In this document: in pieces, positions 63,506 through 64,000 of the stretch | How positions within the stretch are numbered: position 1 is the first letter of the stretch | Layout: each line of letters opens with the position of its first letter | Origin: Parasitella parasitica NRRL 2501 | Lineage: Eukaryota; Fungi; Mucoromycota | Assembly: GCA_025201805.1 (NCBI GenBank) | Contig: MU619291.1 | Coordinates: forward strand, 64,451 to 128,450 | Direction: 5' to 3' | DNA: 64,000 nt | Made by a program: the position numbers and the translations under genes | The notes under the pieces: generated by a model | The model's input: only the letters and a program-made list of their open reading frames with translations | Told to the model about the DNA's origin: nothing | The model's database searches: none

Positions 63506-64000
63506 GTAACGGTATATCAAGCTAAATTCCGAAAGAAGAAACAGATGATTTTGGTTACTTTCTATAAACAATTTATAAGTGGGAATGTCACTTACCCAAT
63601 AGTATTAAAAGGTCAAAGTCAAAGATGCAGCGCTCGATTGATATTGAGTTATCTCCACGTTTTATATTTCTTTACTAACCTTCAAAGAGTATTGCCTCCA
63701 TCGAAAGGCGAGCCCAGTATCTGTTTTCTGTACAAAAAAGATAGGGCTAAATTGTTGAATTGTATGCGCTTGGCAGTGGTGGGGTTTGGGTCGAAGCAGG
63801 GAAAAGTTACTCCAAACAAAAGGCAACCAAGACCAGCAAGACCAATTGCAAGTGCTGAGACTTGGTCGCGGCACATTGTCTTGAAGGCATTGGGGCATTC
63901 TGAATTCAAGCAAAGAAATGAACCGGCTGTTCGCTGCATTTTGCCATTGAGAGCAGCCACAGGATGAGAAAGCTTGTGGAAGCAGAAAACACACGTTTGC
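63506..64000 (-). mobile_element. Fanzor element 3' end, family 3 copy 2 (continues beyond the window)
   Basis: QTCVFCFHKLSHP..GSFLCLNSECP..CRDQVSALAI: both zinc-finger Cys pairs plus RuvC-III; the ORF is open to the window edge. Confidence 0.88.

Overview
Eukaryotic, AT-rich, intron-rich fungal DNA; gene content, short GT-AG introns and transposon types point to Mucorales (Mucor/Parasitella-like; inferred, not proven). There are about 19 conserved or plausible protein genes: PEX16, thiolase, MO25/Hym1, a GYF protein, two GH16s, a PKA catalytic subunit, a sugar porter, two tandem RNR2s, an Sfh5-like CRAL-TRIO protein, a KRE2-family mannosyltransferase, RPP2, NAD-GDH, a PX-BAR sorting nexin, casein kinase I, ALG12 and two hypotheticals. 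They are separated by islands of transposon debris (Tc1-like, MULE, piggyBac-like, LINE, PD-(D/E)xK-like cargo). Highlights: (1) four relics of Fanzor (eukaryotic TnpB-like RNA-guided nuclease) elements from three families. One is intron-containing and ends in a PIF/Harbinger-type TIR; two are near-identical 3' ends with different flanks, i.e. potentially the same omega-RNA scaffold with different guides. (2) An in-frame ALG12-glutaredoxin fusion whose CPYC active site is created only by splicing. (3) Tandem RNR2 paralogues that differ in intron content, one with a perfect 28-bp palindromic RFX/Crt1 X-box. (4) An arrestin-like gene destroyed by a 4.3-kb patchwork of TE fragments. All calls are from motif reading by eye; no database search was run, and exon boundaries are hand-derived.
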